Source: Camelus ferus
Taxonomy: Eukaryota
DNA: 64,000 nucleotides
Direction of reading: 5' to 3'
NCBI RefSeq assembly: GCF_009834535.1
Contig: NC_045696.1
Location: forward strand, 57,228,001 to 57,292,000
The first letter of the stretch is position 1, and each line of letters begins with the position of its first letter. The translations under genes and the position numbers were made by a program. Positions 29,175 to 44,519 of this stretch are shown one piece after another. The notes under the pieces are model-generated. The model saw only the letters and a list, made by a program, of their open reading frames with translations. It was not told where the DNA came from and ran no database searches.

Positions 29175-31580
29175 AATTATTGAAATTATAGTTGTTTTCA
29201 ACATGTGTGTCTAACTTTTGTATAAAAGTTTGCATACCACCATTACAATCAGAATTCTGAATGTGATTATAAATTTACCTTTACCAGTGAGTTTATATAT
29301 TCAAATGTTTTTACATTGTTAATTGGCATCCTTTCAGCCTGAAGAATTCCCTTTAACATTTCTTATGATGCATCTCCAATGGTGATGAACTGTCTCAGCT
29401 TTTGTTTGGGAAAAACTTTATCTTGCCTTCATTTCTGAAGAACAGCATGATAGGTATTCTTGGTTGGCAGTTTTTTTCTCTCAATATTTTGAAAATATCA
29501 TACCATGCTCTCCAGACCTGCAAAGTTTCTGCTGAGAAATCCACTGATAGCCTTATGAGGTTGTATATAACAAAGGTCCTGGGGGGAGGTTATAGTATAG
29601 CTCAGTGGTAGAGTGCCTGCTTGGCATACATAAGGTCCTAGGTTCAATTCCCAGTACCTCCATTTAAATACATACACACACACACACATACATACATACA
29701 TACATACATACACAAAAGTCCTTTCTCTTGTGGTTTTCAAAATTCTGACTCTTTGACTTTTGACAGTTTGGTAATAATGCATCACAATGAAGTCCCTTTT
29801 GGGTTGTATGTTTGGGGTTTTCTTAGCTTCATGTACCTAGATATCCATATCTCTCCTCATATTTGGGATGTTTTTAGCCATTATTTCTTTAAATACTTTC
29901 TGCCATTTTCTCTCACTCTTCTCCATCTTGGACTTCAATAATGTGTATACTTTTTTCACTTCACGGTGTCCCATTAGTCTTGCAGGGATTTTCACTCTCC
30001 ATTTTTTTTCTCCTCTGTATGTATAATTGCAAATGATCTATCTTTGAGTTCATGGTTTCTTTCTTCTGCTTGATCAAGTCTGCTTTTGAAGCTCTCAAGT
30101 GAATTTTCCAAATCAGTCATTATATTCTTCAGCTCTGAGATTTCTGGGTTTGGGGGCTTTTTTTTTTTTTTTTAATGGTTTCTATTTCTTTGTTGAACTT
30201 CTCATTCTGTTTATGTACTATTTTCCTAATTTTGTTCAGTTGCCTACCTGTGTTTTCTTATAGTTAACTAAACTTCATTAAAGGGATTATTCTGAATTCT
30301 TGGTCAGTCGGTTCATAGATCTCCATTTCTTTAGGTTTGTTTATTGGAGCATTATTAGTTTCCTTGGTGGTGTCATGTTTCCCTGATTATTCATTATTCT
30401 TGCATCTTTGTGTTGGTGTTTGTGCATTTGAGGAAACTCAGTTACCTCTTCCAATCTTCACATGTTTGCTTTGACAGAAAAAGACCTTCACTAGTCAGCC
30501 CAGCCTGGGGTTCCACAAAGGGCCAGCTGGTAGAGTCCACAGGAGGGCAGGCAGGACCTCTGGTTGAATGGGGCCACTGACATTCTCCGCATTCAGGCAG
30601 GACCACTGCCTCAGCTGCCTGGTCAAGTGGAACTGCTAGCTGGGCTCTGTGGACAGACATGGTCACTGGTTGGGCTGACATAGTCAGACAGGTTCACTGG
30701 CTGAGCTCTGAGGTTGGGTGGGGCTCTTTGTGGGCCCTCTGGTCAGTCAGAAATAGACTGTACTCCTGGCTAGGTAGTGCCATTATTTGGATTCCATGTT
30801 CAGGTATAGCAAGAGACTGTGCTCCACAGCTGGCTGGGCCCACAGGATGAACTCTGTGTTCATGCAGGACTCCAGGTTATATTCTGCATTCAGGATTCCT
30901 GGTCAGGCAAGGCTGCAAGCAAGCTCTGCAGTTTCGTGGGGCTGCTGGCTTGGCTTCTTGGCAGGGCAGGGCTGCAGGCTGGGCTCTACAGCCAGGCCAC
31001 TAGCTGGGGACCCTAGACCCCCAGAACTGCTCACCTTGCTTCTTGGACAGATGGGGACATTATTCTGGCACCACAAGAGAGTGGAATCACTTGTTGGCCT
31101 CTTTCTGGTGAGGTGGCCAGGAAGGATGACTGCCATTGCCATGATCCACACACTAGTCATTGTAAGCCCCATCCCGTTCTTTGTTCCTAGCTGACCCTAG
31201 GTGGTCTAGCCTTGCCAGTTCTCCCAGGGGTCTCTGTGAGGCAAAACGGAAGTGAGCTTCCCAGAGAATACTGAGGATGAGAAAACTAGACAGCCACCTT
31301 GGCTCTCTTCTCCCCACTGAGAAAGTGTAGGCACAGGGGATCCCTCTCAGTGTGCTGGCTTGAAGAAAGGCAACACATGCCAAGTGAAACAACTGCTCTT
31401 AGTCTTCTAATGTGGCTGCTCTCGTTTTTGTGCTTTAAGAGAGTGTCTCAACCTCACCACCAGGTTCTGGGATTCTTAGCAAGATGTTCTTGACTATGAA
31501 TAGTTACTAATTCATGTTTTTGTGATGGGGACTACAGCCAGGGATCTCCTATACCACCATCTTGCTTATTATCACTTCCC
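29175..31580 (-). mobile_element. L1 5' portion (GC-rich 5' UTR plus degenerate ORF1), sense to POLQ in intron 12
   Basis: Starts ggaagtgat..agcaagatggtgg at about 31580; ORF1 C-terminal coding sequence (ISGFLSRNFAG frame) at 29.4-29.8 kb. Confidence 0.8.
29581..29711 (+). mobile_element. Vic-1-like SINE with (CA)/(CATA) tail, nested in L1
   Basis: A and B boxes; TSD acaa(ag/aa)gtcct. Confidence 0.92.
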
Positions 31581-32265
31581 ACCATCTGCACTTAATTGAC
31601 AAAATAAAATATTTCTCCCCAGGTTCTTTTGAGAGAATATGCTTTCAAATTCTATTTTATCCAATTTTTATAAAAATCTTTGTTTAAAAAATATCTGTAA
31701 CAGATTATCTAATGTAAACAAATTTTAAAAGTCCTTACTGCATTTATCATAGGTTTTTTATGAAGAATCTAAGTCCCATAGTGTCTTTTTAGGACTAAAT
31801 TTATCTTAGACAATGAAATGCAATACTTCTGCTATTTTTTTAATCTTATGAATATTGAAATTAACCAAACCCCCCTCTTTGCTACAGTTGCTAGACAGCC
31901 TAGAACCAAAGTTAGGCACAATAATTGTACATGACTTAATGGTATTCTTGTCTCTTGTTTATGTACCAAACTTTGTTTGAATTTTACATTATGGACTTTA
32001 ATTTCCAGGTATCTCAACTGTCCTTTGCTATTCTCTTACATATCGTAAAATACGTATTTTTTTATAAATCTCCTCAAATCTTTTTTGAAAGGAAGTTGGA
32101 GAAAATAGATAGGCAAGTAGATTAAAGGGTCACCAGAACATTAAATTTACTACTTTAAAACAACTCTCTTCTCACTATTTCTTTTCTATTCCCACCTAGT
32201 CAAGGAAAATAGGCAAGATATTCCCATAGGGTATCTCTGATGTTCAGGATTTTTTATAGGTATTA

Positions 32266-32604
<339 letters not shown>

Positions 32605-32798
32605 TCAATATTCTGTAATTAACCTTTCAGGAGCTGATAAATTTTACCAACAGAATCCAATGCATGCATATTCATGAGCAGGCTCTATGCTAATTGTCTG
32701 ATGTTGCTGAACACAGCACCGATTTACTAAAAATGAGTTGATATACTGCTTGAAAAGTCAGTTTCATTTTACTAAGCAGTCTTATACACTGTAAGTCA

Positions 32799-33104
<306 letters not shown>

Positions 33105-34421
33105 TCATAGTATAAGACATTATTTTGTTCTCTTAAAATATCAGCATCTAAACATAGAAACTCTTTATTAACTCTTCTACCATCATTCATTATAAATGTA
33201 TGTAACACCTACTGAAAACATAAAAAGTTTTCTTAAAAAGTAGATACATTTTCTCATAAAGAAAAATCCTTATTTATTTGAAATGCAGAAACTAACAACA
33301 TAAATAATATATATAAATTTTAACATATATAATATAAAGAAGGTGTTGATGGCTTATGCTCATGAACCAAATAAATTCCTCTAACTCTTCCTTTTGAAAT
33401 ATGTGGGCATATAAGAATGCTAGTAGTGAATACTTCCCACCTAGAAGAGGGGTGGGAATAGGTGTAGAAAAAGATGAAAGTGGTGTCTTGTGGATATCAT
33501 TTACCCACGACTGTTCTATTATGTACACTAATCTGCCTCTTACTTTCTTTCATTTAATATATATTGGAACCATATTAAAGCATCCTAAATAGAGCTATCT
33601 CATTCTTTTTAATGACAGCAAAGCCCGTTATAATGTATTAATGGTATTTTGGTTGTTTCTAGTTTTTTTTCTCATAACCAAAAAGCTATAATATTCTTGT
33701 ATGTTTAATTTGATAAAATTTCACAAATATATCCCCAGGGAAAATTCCCAGATGTGAATCTACTGGATAAATGGCTACGTGCATTTTTTTTTTAATCCTA
33801 GTAGTTATGGCCAAGTTGCCCTCAAAAAGAGTTTCAGCAATATGTGAAAGTACCTACTTTCTACATTCTTACCTACCTTATGCTAACAATTACTCTTCTT
33901 TTTTTTTCTTCAAACTGACAGCTAAGAGGGAAAAAAAGTGAATGAGTACAGTACCAGTACCTCTAGCACCAGCACTGAAACCAATAGCAAGGCATGCTGG
34001 TATATGAACAGAAACTTTTTTGGATGAATACATGAAACACTTAAAAGGGGTTACCTTTGAGAGACTCTAAGCAAAAGGTTTTATTTTTCATTTTAGATAC
34101 TTTCATATTTAGAAGATTGCAACTTCTAATTGTGTATTTGTAATTTTATTTTATTTTAATGTCAACAGGTATTATCTGGATGGAAGAACTAGGGTCTATT
34201 TTTGTCACCTTTTCTTAAAACTCAGAAAATTATAAAAACTATCTAAAAAATAAAAATAACCATCTGGCATTTAAACCACTACTTTGAAGTAGATTGATAT
34301 ACCATTAGCTATATTAAACTTCAAGAAGTAACTATATAAAATAGAAGAGATTCAGACTTGAGTAGGCTATAAATAATCCCATAAAGAGATACAAAGCTAC
34401 AACTTTTCACATACTAAATTA

Positions 34422-34682
<261 letters not shown>

Positions 34683-34790
34683 CTAAAGAGAATTTAAATT
34701 GTCTTACTTGTTTAAAAGGAGAAAACAGATGATAGTGGTTGTTATGGTCATAAAATTATCAGTAATGTTTTTATTTTCTGAATTTTGGAT

Positions 34791-35366
34791 TGAAGAGGAT
34801 CAAAATATGCTATATATTATATGCCACTTTGGCATAAGGATTATTTTGATCTGAAGGAAACTGGGAAGCAGCAAACATAGAAAGAGCTGTTTGCCCTCTC
34901 TATTTGCCTAGAAGCAGGACATAAATTTCTCTTTGTGAAGGTGTTCCCCTTCCTGTCTCTCATAGCAGAAGGACCATTTTTATCACTGGAGACAAAAAGT
35001 CAGCACTTAGATGGATGTACTTAAACCTTACTAATATACCTTAACTTCCATTAATTTCCAGAATATATGTACCTTCCCACAATGTATCACTCCTAGAAGC
35101 CCAAACCCCTTTTCCTTTGTCTTCTCACATCTCTACAATTTATCACCCTTTGTTAAAAGGGTTTATAAGCCCCCAGCAACTAACTGCTTCTTTGGATAGT
35201 CACTTCTTTTCAATTAATGCCTCTGTGTATGTAAAAAATTAAATATTAACGTAAAGTAAAAAATGTATGTCTTTTTTCCTGTTAATCTGTCATTTGCCAG
35301 TTTAATTTGCAGGCACTAGCCAGTGACTTAAGAGGGTAGAGGAAAAGTTTTTTTTCCTTCCTTCCA
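34791..35366 (+). mobile_element. MER34A-like solo LTR
   Basis: TG..CA ends with TSD GGAT; aatatgcc..tttggcataaggattattttga and ..agagggtagaggaaaag termini. Confidence 0.85.
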
Positions 35367-35461
35367 GGATTAACTACTGTTATTGAATAATTAAGTATAT
35401 AATAGTCATAGATATTTTGAAAACTATAAAGAAAAACACAGATGTAAATTATTACTAGTTA

Positions 35462-36723
35462 TGAAACTGCATACCAGCCATGTTTCCCTGTCCCTTGAAA
35501 TAAAAGGCTTTTGCTTTAGTCTCACAGGTCTCCCCTGAGTCTCAAAAGGCTGGCTCAAGAGTTAATGATTAGGGAGATTCCTCAAAAGACTAGGAATAGA
35601 CTTACCATATGATCCAGGAATCCCGCTCCTGGGCTTATATCCAGAAGGAACCCTACTTCAAAATGACAACTTCACCCCAGTGTTCATAGCAGCACTATTT
35701 ACAATAGCCAAGACATGGAAACAGCCTAAATGTCCATCAACAGATGACTGGATAAAGAAGATGTGGTATATTTATACAATGGAATACTACTCAGCCATAA
35801 AAACCAACAACATAATGCCATTTGCAGCAACATGGATGTTCCTGAAGAATGTCATTATAAGTGAAGTAAGCCAGAAAGAGAAAGAGAAATACCATATGAG
35901 ATTGCTCATATGTGGAATCTAAAAACAAAAAAAAACAAAAAAAAAACCATAAATACAAAACAGAAACAGACTCATAGACATAGAATACAAACTTGTGGTT
36001 GCCAGGGAAGGAACTGGGATTTCAAAGTGTAGAACAGATAAACAAGATTGTACTGTGTAGCACAGGGAAATATATACAGGATCTTGTGGTGGCTCCTAGC
36101 GAAAGAGAATTTGACAATGAATGTATGTACGTTCATATATAACTGAAAAATTGTGCTCTACACTGGAATTTGACACAACATTGTAAAATGACTATAACTC
36201 AATGAAAAAATGTTTAAAAAAAAGAGTTAATGATTAGGAAATGTGAAGGTGTAGAAACAAAGAATAGCCGTTGGGCCTGGTAACAATTTAAACTATAAAA
36301 TAGCCACATAGCAGAGTCACTGAACTCCCAGTTCTCTGACAGATATAGATGAAAGGTCTGACACACATTCCTAAGATTTTTAAATAGGAAGCAGTCCCCC
36401 ACCAGATAAAAAATGCTGACTGCAAGCATGTGGATTCCAGACCAGTTGAAATCAAAAGACTACGGATGTTCAAAACTTCACCTTTTAGTGCCAATCAGAG
36501 AATTATGCACAAGCTGCTCATGCACTCTGAAGCCTCCTCCCTTTACACTGCCTTTAAAAGCCCTTTGCCTGTGCCAAGATGTTAAGATAGTTTTTAAGGA
36601 AACTAGTTCACCATCTTCTTGGTTAGCTGACTTTCTTGAATAAAGTTGCTTTCCTTGACTCAACACCTTGTCACTCAACTTCTGGCCTGTCATGTAGCAA
36701 GTGGTAAAACCTGAGTTCAATAA
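35462..36723 (+). mobile_element. ERV1 solo LTR interrupted by L1
   Basis: TGAAAC start; AATAAA at about 36639; TSD GTTA. Confidence 0.78.
35574..36221 (+). mobile_element. Young L1 3' fragment
   Basis: ORF2 C-terminus (MFIAALFTIAKTWKQPKCP); perfect 17-bp TSD aagagttaatgattagg. Confidence 0.95.
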
Positions 36724-36986
36724 GTTATACATGATGATAATATACAATCAAAAATACTAATGCATAACTAGAAATTGCATTATAACATTCACTAATCTAA
36801 ATGCTTTAGGTTACTGCAATAATCAAATCAACAAAAATATGTGAAAGCACTTACAAATTAAAAACATTCAAATATTCAATTTATACAAACATAAACACTA
36901 CGACAATTAATACTAGAGAAAATTGTAATTTTTTTTTTTTGAAAATGAATCTAATAGTAGGGGAAAGGAAGCAGTAAATAAGATGT

Positions 36987-37625
36987 TGAAATGGAACAGG
37001 ACCCTATGAGGCCTTCCCAGGATAGAATCTACGGCCCCCATGTCCTGGGCCTGCCTTTTGTCTTAGCCAAAGGATAAATTTAATCAGAGAAGCGAGAAAA
37101 TGCAGAAGCAAAGGAAACCAGTCAAACAGGACCATATAATAATATCCGAGTCATTAAACAAAGTTAAAGACCTTTAGTTCCTCCTCATGGACCATAGATA
37201 ATATTCTGAGCCATAACCTTTGAGATGTTTTGTAGATACTGAAACCCCTAGCAGGTGGAAGAAGTTAACTGCATGATGACCAGACTGTAGACATGATACA
37301 AGCTGCTTCATCTTACACAATTCCAAGAATTGGCCTCAAAGAAATGTGAACAAACCAATCCTGAAACTGAAGATTAACTGTACATAGATCAATCAAGAGG
37401 ACACTGATCAGACCACCACATGACTAAATTTCAAGATGACCGTCAGAGCTGACTGTGCTTTCTGCATGTAGCCCCCTCCTTCCACCTATACACCACTGAA
37501 ACCCCTTTAAAAGCTCTTGCCCCTGATCAGCAGGAGGACAGTTGGCTTTTGGACATGAGTCCACATTCTCCCCAGCTTGCCAGCCTCCTGAATAAAGCAA
37601 TCTTTCTTTTCCTAACAACACTAAT
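36987..37625 (+). mobile_element. ERV1 LTR, 3'-truncated
   Basis: TGAAATGGAACAGGACCC start; TATA-like tttaaaag; AATAAA at 37591. Confidence 0.75.
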
Positions 37626-38487
37626 GTCCAAGGGGCAAAATGAAGGCCATTTGCATTAGAGAAAAAAAAGAAATGAAAGTAGCATTGTGGTGGAGTGTAA
37701 TAATTACCCAGGCTGAGAGAAAAAAACAGATGATGCTTTCCCAGCACTGATGGCCAAATTGAGAATCAAGATAGAAAACATATAAGGAACTATAAATGTC
37801 ATGATCATTGGTTATTTATCTCAGATATAATTACAAAAAATATAGGTACTATCAAAACAAACAAACAAAAACCAAGTGAATAAATATATCACCTGGCTCT
37901 TGCAATGACTATAAAACAGCCCAGCTTAAGATTTATAAACTACCTAGAAAATGGATCAATTAGCATTAGCAACAAAGTAAAAAGTCACTTCGGGCTGTTT
38001 AAACCTCTTTCAGGCTTTGATTCTTCAACAAAATAGATAACCCTTTTTCAGGATGAGCAAGATGTAAGAAAATGGCCAAATTAATGCCAGTATATATATC
38101 CAAGTCCCTGTTCTCATCTGCCTAGGGAGGCTGTATCTGAATCATAATAGAGAAGTCAATTAGAATCAAACTATTCATAGATTTGCTATAGATAGATCTA
38201 CAAACTATTTAACTTGCAAATCACTGTTTTGGCACAAAGCACCATCACCATACACTACAAGGTTCCAAGAAATCCACCAAAAGATTAAAGAGTCATCTAA
38301 ATAAAACACCATGAACTATTTAGGAAATATTAACATTACTTAAGCTGTCTTTTGCACAGGAACTACAAAGGTTTATGCACAGAAGCAAAAAAGATGCTAC
38401 ATAGTCCAAAAAACATGACCAAGTATATAAATCTTCATAGTTGATATGAAACTCTATATTTACACATTCCCCTACTTAAAGAAGTTT

Positions 38488-38600
38488 TTTTGGGGGGAGG
38501 GGTTGTTCATTTATTTCTATTTGGAGGATGCGCTGGGGATTGAACCTGGGACCTCATGCATGGCAAGTATGCGCTCTACCACTTGAGTTATACCCTCCTC
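38488..38600 (-). mobile_element. Vic-1-like SINE
   Basis: Reverse A/B boxes; perfect 14-bp TSD acttaaagaagttt. Confidence 0.93.
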
Positions 38601-39189
38601 ACTTAAAGAAGTTTGAGCAAGCCATGTGCCATTCTGAAATGGAGCATTATGTAAAGTCAATCTCAAAGGTTTCCAAGACCTCTGAAACAAAATTAATATG
38701 ATATATTTTAGTTTTGTTTGAATGTTATCTAATTTAAGGTTTGATATTAGCACAAGGCGCCAACCTTCCAATTATTCTTCCCCAAGAGAAACAAGCACAA
38801 GCTAAGAACGTAGCAAGGCAAATAAAACCTCCTTATCTTCTACATTACCTTAAAGACCCTCTGACTTTGAAATAAGAGTATCTGTGTAAAATGAACTTAT
38901 ACTCCACTCTTGAGAGTTGAGTCTACTGAGAAATCTGAACTGGGGGAAGGACAGAAGGAGGCAGTTAGGAATGAGGAGGGAATGTCAGTCTCTTCCTCCC
39001 ATCCTTTTTAAACACATACATGTACTCTGCATATTTCATAGGTAAGGTAAGAGACATGCCTAGAGTAGGAGAAATCCAATGAGCTGGAAGAGTTTTTAAA
39101 TCATCAAAATTTTTAAGGCTTAAACGTGAGTCAGACCAATGGCCCTTCAGGAATTACAGATAGATGAATCATTTGCTACTGGGGCTGAG

Positions 39190-39520
39190 ATTGATGGTTG
39201 CTACTAATAGCCATTCTCTCATTCTCCCTTTAATAAAACCCCTAAATGTTAGTTAAGCACATGGCCACTCAGCTAGATTATATTCACCAGTCTCCCTTGT
39301 AGTTGGGGAACGTAAACATGTGACTATGTTCTGGCCAACTGTATGTGAGGAGACATGTACAACTTCTGGGAAGTGCCCTTAAAGGGCAGGATGTGCCTTT
39401 TACTTCCTCATTTCTCTTTCCTGATGGCTGAAGTGCAGATGTGATGACAGAGAATGGAGTAGCCATTTTATGCCACAAGACAGAAACTACATTACTCAAC
39501 GTGGAAAAACAAACCAGTAG
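39190..39520 (+). mobile_element. MaLR LTR fragment (MLT1I/J-like)
   Basis: cagtctcccttgtagtt..catgtgact..gttctggccaa motif. Confidence 0.6.
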
Positions 39521-40169
39521 AAAATGTGACAGAGAATGTTCCTCACAAAGTTCTTTAATGTTAGAAGACTCAACAATTTAGTCACACCCAGAATAATGTA
39601 GCAAGTTAGAAATAAAAATCAAGATAGCAGCAAATATTAATTCAAACAAGCTTCTTCCCTGTTGCTTAAGACAAAACTTCGGTATGCATTGCTGATAATA
39701 TTATCATTACTCACTGACACAAGATAACAAACTGGGAAAGTGTTTTTAAAGCCAGTGCCAATTTAAAAAAAGAAAGATAGTAAATGGAGTTCCTATTCCA
39801 AAACTGTGAGAGTACTTCCCAACTCTCAGCATCCCTAGTTGAACTTAGACCAGTCACCTAAACAGAACTAATACCGATTAAAAAGAATCCCTTCATAAGT
39901 GCTAAAGAGCAGACTACAGTGGAAATTAAAAGTCATCTTCCAGCTAATGTGATGTCATCTTGATTGACATACTACTACATTAGTAGAAAAATCAATAGTT
40001 GATATGAAAATTATAACTTACACTCATTATAAATATTAAGTAAATCCAAAAGGATGACATTTGTGTTTTGGAAAACAAAGAAATACACCATGATGAGAAA
40101 TGAGTGGCCATTCAATTTCAAGTAGACTGACACTGTCCTTCAGCAATGCTGTTGTAAAATTCAAACTCA

Positions 40170-40421
<252 letters not shown>

Positions 40422-40615
40422 TTACATATAATGAAAATACTGTACTTGACCACTTACTTGATCACTTACATATTCCATAGCTGAGAATATGCTACAAGTC
40501 TCTAGAGATTTTTTTCAAATTATTGTTATGATTATAAACAAAAAAGTCATCACAGTATATCAATTTAAGAGTATAAACTGCCACCCCTAGTATACTTCTA
40601 TCTCAGCTTCTAAAC

Positions 40616-40808
40616 CAGGGGCTGTCAAACTTTATATGTAAATATTTTAGGTTTTGCAAGACAACTATTGCAACTACTCAACTCTTCCATAGTCCACATG
40701 AAAGCAGCCACAAAACAAATGGGCCAGACTGTGTTCCAATAAAATTTTACTTACAATAACAGATGGTGGGCTGGCTTTGACCAGCAGACTGTAGTTTGCT
40801 GACCCCTA
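40616..40808 (+). mobile_element. MER58A-like hAT-Charlie DNA transposon
   Basis: Terminal inverted repeats cagggg..tcaaact / agtttgctgacccct; tgtgttccaataaaa core. Confidence 0.75.
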
Positions 40809-41613
40809 CACTAGACTATGAACTCCTTGAGGGTAGAGACATGCCTTATTCATAACAGTATCTGCAGGGCCTATCTAATACAGTGGTCAGGCACATAAAT
40901 AAATGCCTGAAGAATAAACACACAAGTAAATGAAAAACAACATAGAGAATATATACTGATCTAGCTTATTTTTTATTTTAATTTATTTTAAAAAAAAATC
41001 AAAAGGATTGAGCCCCTAGTTTATAAGTTAAGTGGTAGGTCCACTGGTATTCATTTTATTAGTATGCATATTAAGTTACACAATGAAAATATTTTTGAGT
41101 GTTTGTGTGTGTGTACATATATATATTTTAAAATTTATCTATATATAGCATGATAAAAATTTTAAATAAATTGAAAAGGTTAAATTCCTATCTTAGAAAC
41201 TATATATTGTTAATCAAATCTTTAGCACATATCATCATGGACAGATCACTCTCAGAAAGAAGGTATTTAATTCAATGATTGTAATAAATCTTGCAGTTTT
41301 GACAATCTAGGTATTTGCATCCCTCTCAAAATACAAGATGACAATTTCTAAAATTAATCTGATTTTGACACATTTGTGAGAATATTTCAAATACCCCTTG
41401 AGATAAAAGGAAACATTCAAGTGGCATAAAATTAGGGTAGCAAGTACTACTCTAGCCTAAATTTTAAGGATATAAAGTATAGAAAGGTAACAGTTTTAGA
41501 ATTTGCTTCCCTAATGATACAAAAAAGCTTTTATCTAGTATTTATATGCTATACAGATAAGTAAACCTACACGTTTGTTTTATTCTTGTTTAATCTTAAT
41601 CACACAATTTCTT

Positions 41614-41744
41614 TTTTTTTTTTAACTTTTTTATTGATTTATAATCATTTTACAACGTTGTGTCAAATTCCAGCGTTCAGCACGTTTCAGTCATTCATGG
41701 ACATATACATACTCACTATCACATTTTTTTCTCTGTGTGTTATC
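41614..41744 (-). mobile_element. Short young L1 3' end
   Basis: Poly-T plus L1 tail; perfect 16-bp TSD aatcacacaatttctt. Confidence 0.92.
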
Positions 41745-41836
41745 AATCACACAATTTCTTAAAATGAAATCTAAGAGTATTAAGTGTGGTTAACAAGAAA
41801 TTACAAATGCATGCCAATATAAAAATGAAGAAATTA

Positions 41837-42295
<459 letters not shown>

Positions 42296-43339
42296 CTAGG
42301 ATGAGATCAAACCTGGAGGAGGAGATCAAAAGAACAAACAAAGAAAAGAGATTTCAGACACTTAATACCACTCAGAGCCTAAAAAACAAAAACCCTTGCT
42401 CAAAGCGTGTTCCACTAACCAGCAGAGTCAAAAATCACAGAGGAGCATAGCTCTATGCAGCAATTTTTCCAGCCTTTTTGGCATCAATGTGTTAATGAAT
42501 CACATATTACCCTCTGTTTTTGCCTGTATGTGTAAGCCTCTCCCTCAGTAAGACCTTAACTTTCTTAGATGCAAGAACTATGTTTTCTTAAAGAATTTCC
42601 TAGACTTTTGAACTTCTGAACTAGTAAAACTTCTCATAGACTATATCTTATATTTTATACATTTTTAATCTTTCAAGTAAACTTTTCTTAAAATTTTGAG
42701 GACCCACAGAGGGTGGCCAATGTATTATTTCCCTAAGGACAATTAAAAAAATTTTTTTAATTACTACTGTTCAATACACTTATTTCAAAAGGAAAGTCAT
42801 TTTACCATAAAAAAATTAGTAGGGATAATTTCAAAATTTAAACTTCATCTTTATGAAAACTGTGATGCCTTGTCTTTACTTTTGTGGTGAAAAGCTCATC
42901 CTAGGCCAGGCCCCAGTCCAAGCACTAGGATTTGGAACCACCGCTATAAATCAAAAATAACAGAACACTAAGCAAAGAAAATATTAATGATATTTCTGGT
43001 TATTAAGGAATATAAGCTATCATGGTACAACATAAAAAATATAAGTTGACATAGTACAGAAAGTATCAATTAAGAGGGAACTAGAAGAGATATTATAATG
43101 TTGGACCAGAGCCTACCCAGTATAGACTTCAGTTTACTTACTGGGGCTAGTATTAAGATATCCATCACCCGTCCTCAGGATGACACTGACATAATGAAGT
43201 CATAAAATGCCCTAGTACTCTGTAACTAGAATTGGTCTCTGTGTCTTCTCTACACTTATCTTTGACCCCAAGGAACTACAGGCTAGTATAGTGGTGAGAG
43301 AACAGTGCTCATTCTAGAACTGGTAAAAATATACATCGT

Positions 43340-43720
43340 TATAGCAACATACTAGATCAATATTCAGTAATAAAAAAAGGAACAAACTGATAAGTGTAAC
43401 AACTCAGATGAATCATAAAAAGATCATACTGATTGAAAGAAGCCAGACACAAAAAACATATACCATATGACTTCATTTTCTACATGAAATTCTTAGAAAA
43501 GGCACAACTAATTAAGAGTGACAGAAAGCATATGAGTGGTTGCCTGAGGCTGGGGACAGACGGAAGAGACTGACAGCAACAGAGAACATCTTAGGGTGAC
43601 AGAAATGTTCTGTATGTTGATCATAGTGGGGGTTAAAAAGGTGTATACATTTGTTGAAATTCATTAAATTATATACTTCAAGTGGGTACATATTATGTTA
43701 TATAAATACCTCAATAAAGC
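43340..43720 (+). mobile_element. Old L1 (L1ME-like) 3' fragment
   Basis: gaaagaagccagacacaaaa...tacctcaataaag. Confidence 0.7.
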
Positions 43721-44110
43721 CTATTTTAAAATACACATGTATTTTAAAATATTTGTATGTCAACAAATGATTCTTTTTAGAGTTTGGAAATATTAATAAA
43801 TATATATGTAAATATGGCTGTCTTTCCCAGAAAAATGGGTATACGTAAAGTTTATACAGTTTAGGGGCTTCGAGGTCAACCTCTCAAAGCCCATGGATTC
43901 TAGATGAAGAACCTTAGTATATACCTGTATAAATTCAATATTCTAAAAATCTGAAAATTAGCCTGAATGTGTGTAAACACTGTCGGTAAGCAGGATAAGG
44001 AGACAATTAGTCACAAAAGCATAGTTTTGCAAAGGAGTATCCAGCGGGCAGCTGGTGGCAACGATGAAAGAGAGCCATGCTTTGCTAATATAATTATTAA
44101 AGTACTTTCA

Positions 44111-44305
<195 letters not shown>

Positions 44306-44519
44306 CTAAAAAGGAAAAAGAAATAGCCACTCTAGTGGTACTTTCAAAACATGTTTGTATCAGTTTAAAGTCACTCATTTTGCTTCCTGGGAAAGGTTTT
44401 TCTACTCAAAGGCATGTTAAAAAATCAGTTACAAAGTCAGTAACAGAACAAAGAAAAAACAAAACAAAAAGAGAAAAAAGAAATAAACCTTATGATGCAA
44501 GGTGAGAAGGAAATATTTT

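Noticed and set aside
30442..31493. Cluster of GC-rich ORFs on both strands
   Set aside because: They lie within an L1 5' UTR, with no protein similarity or exon structure.
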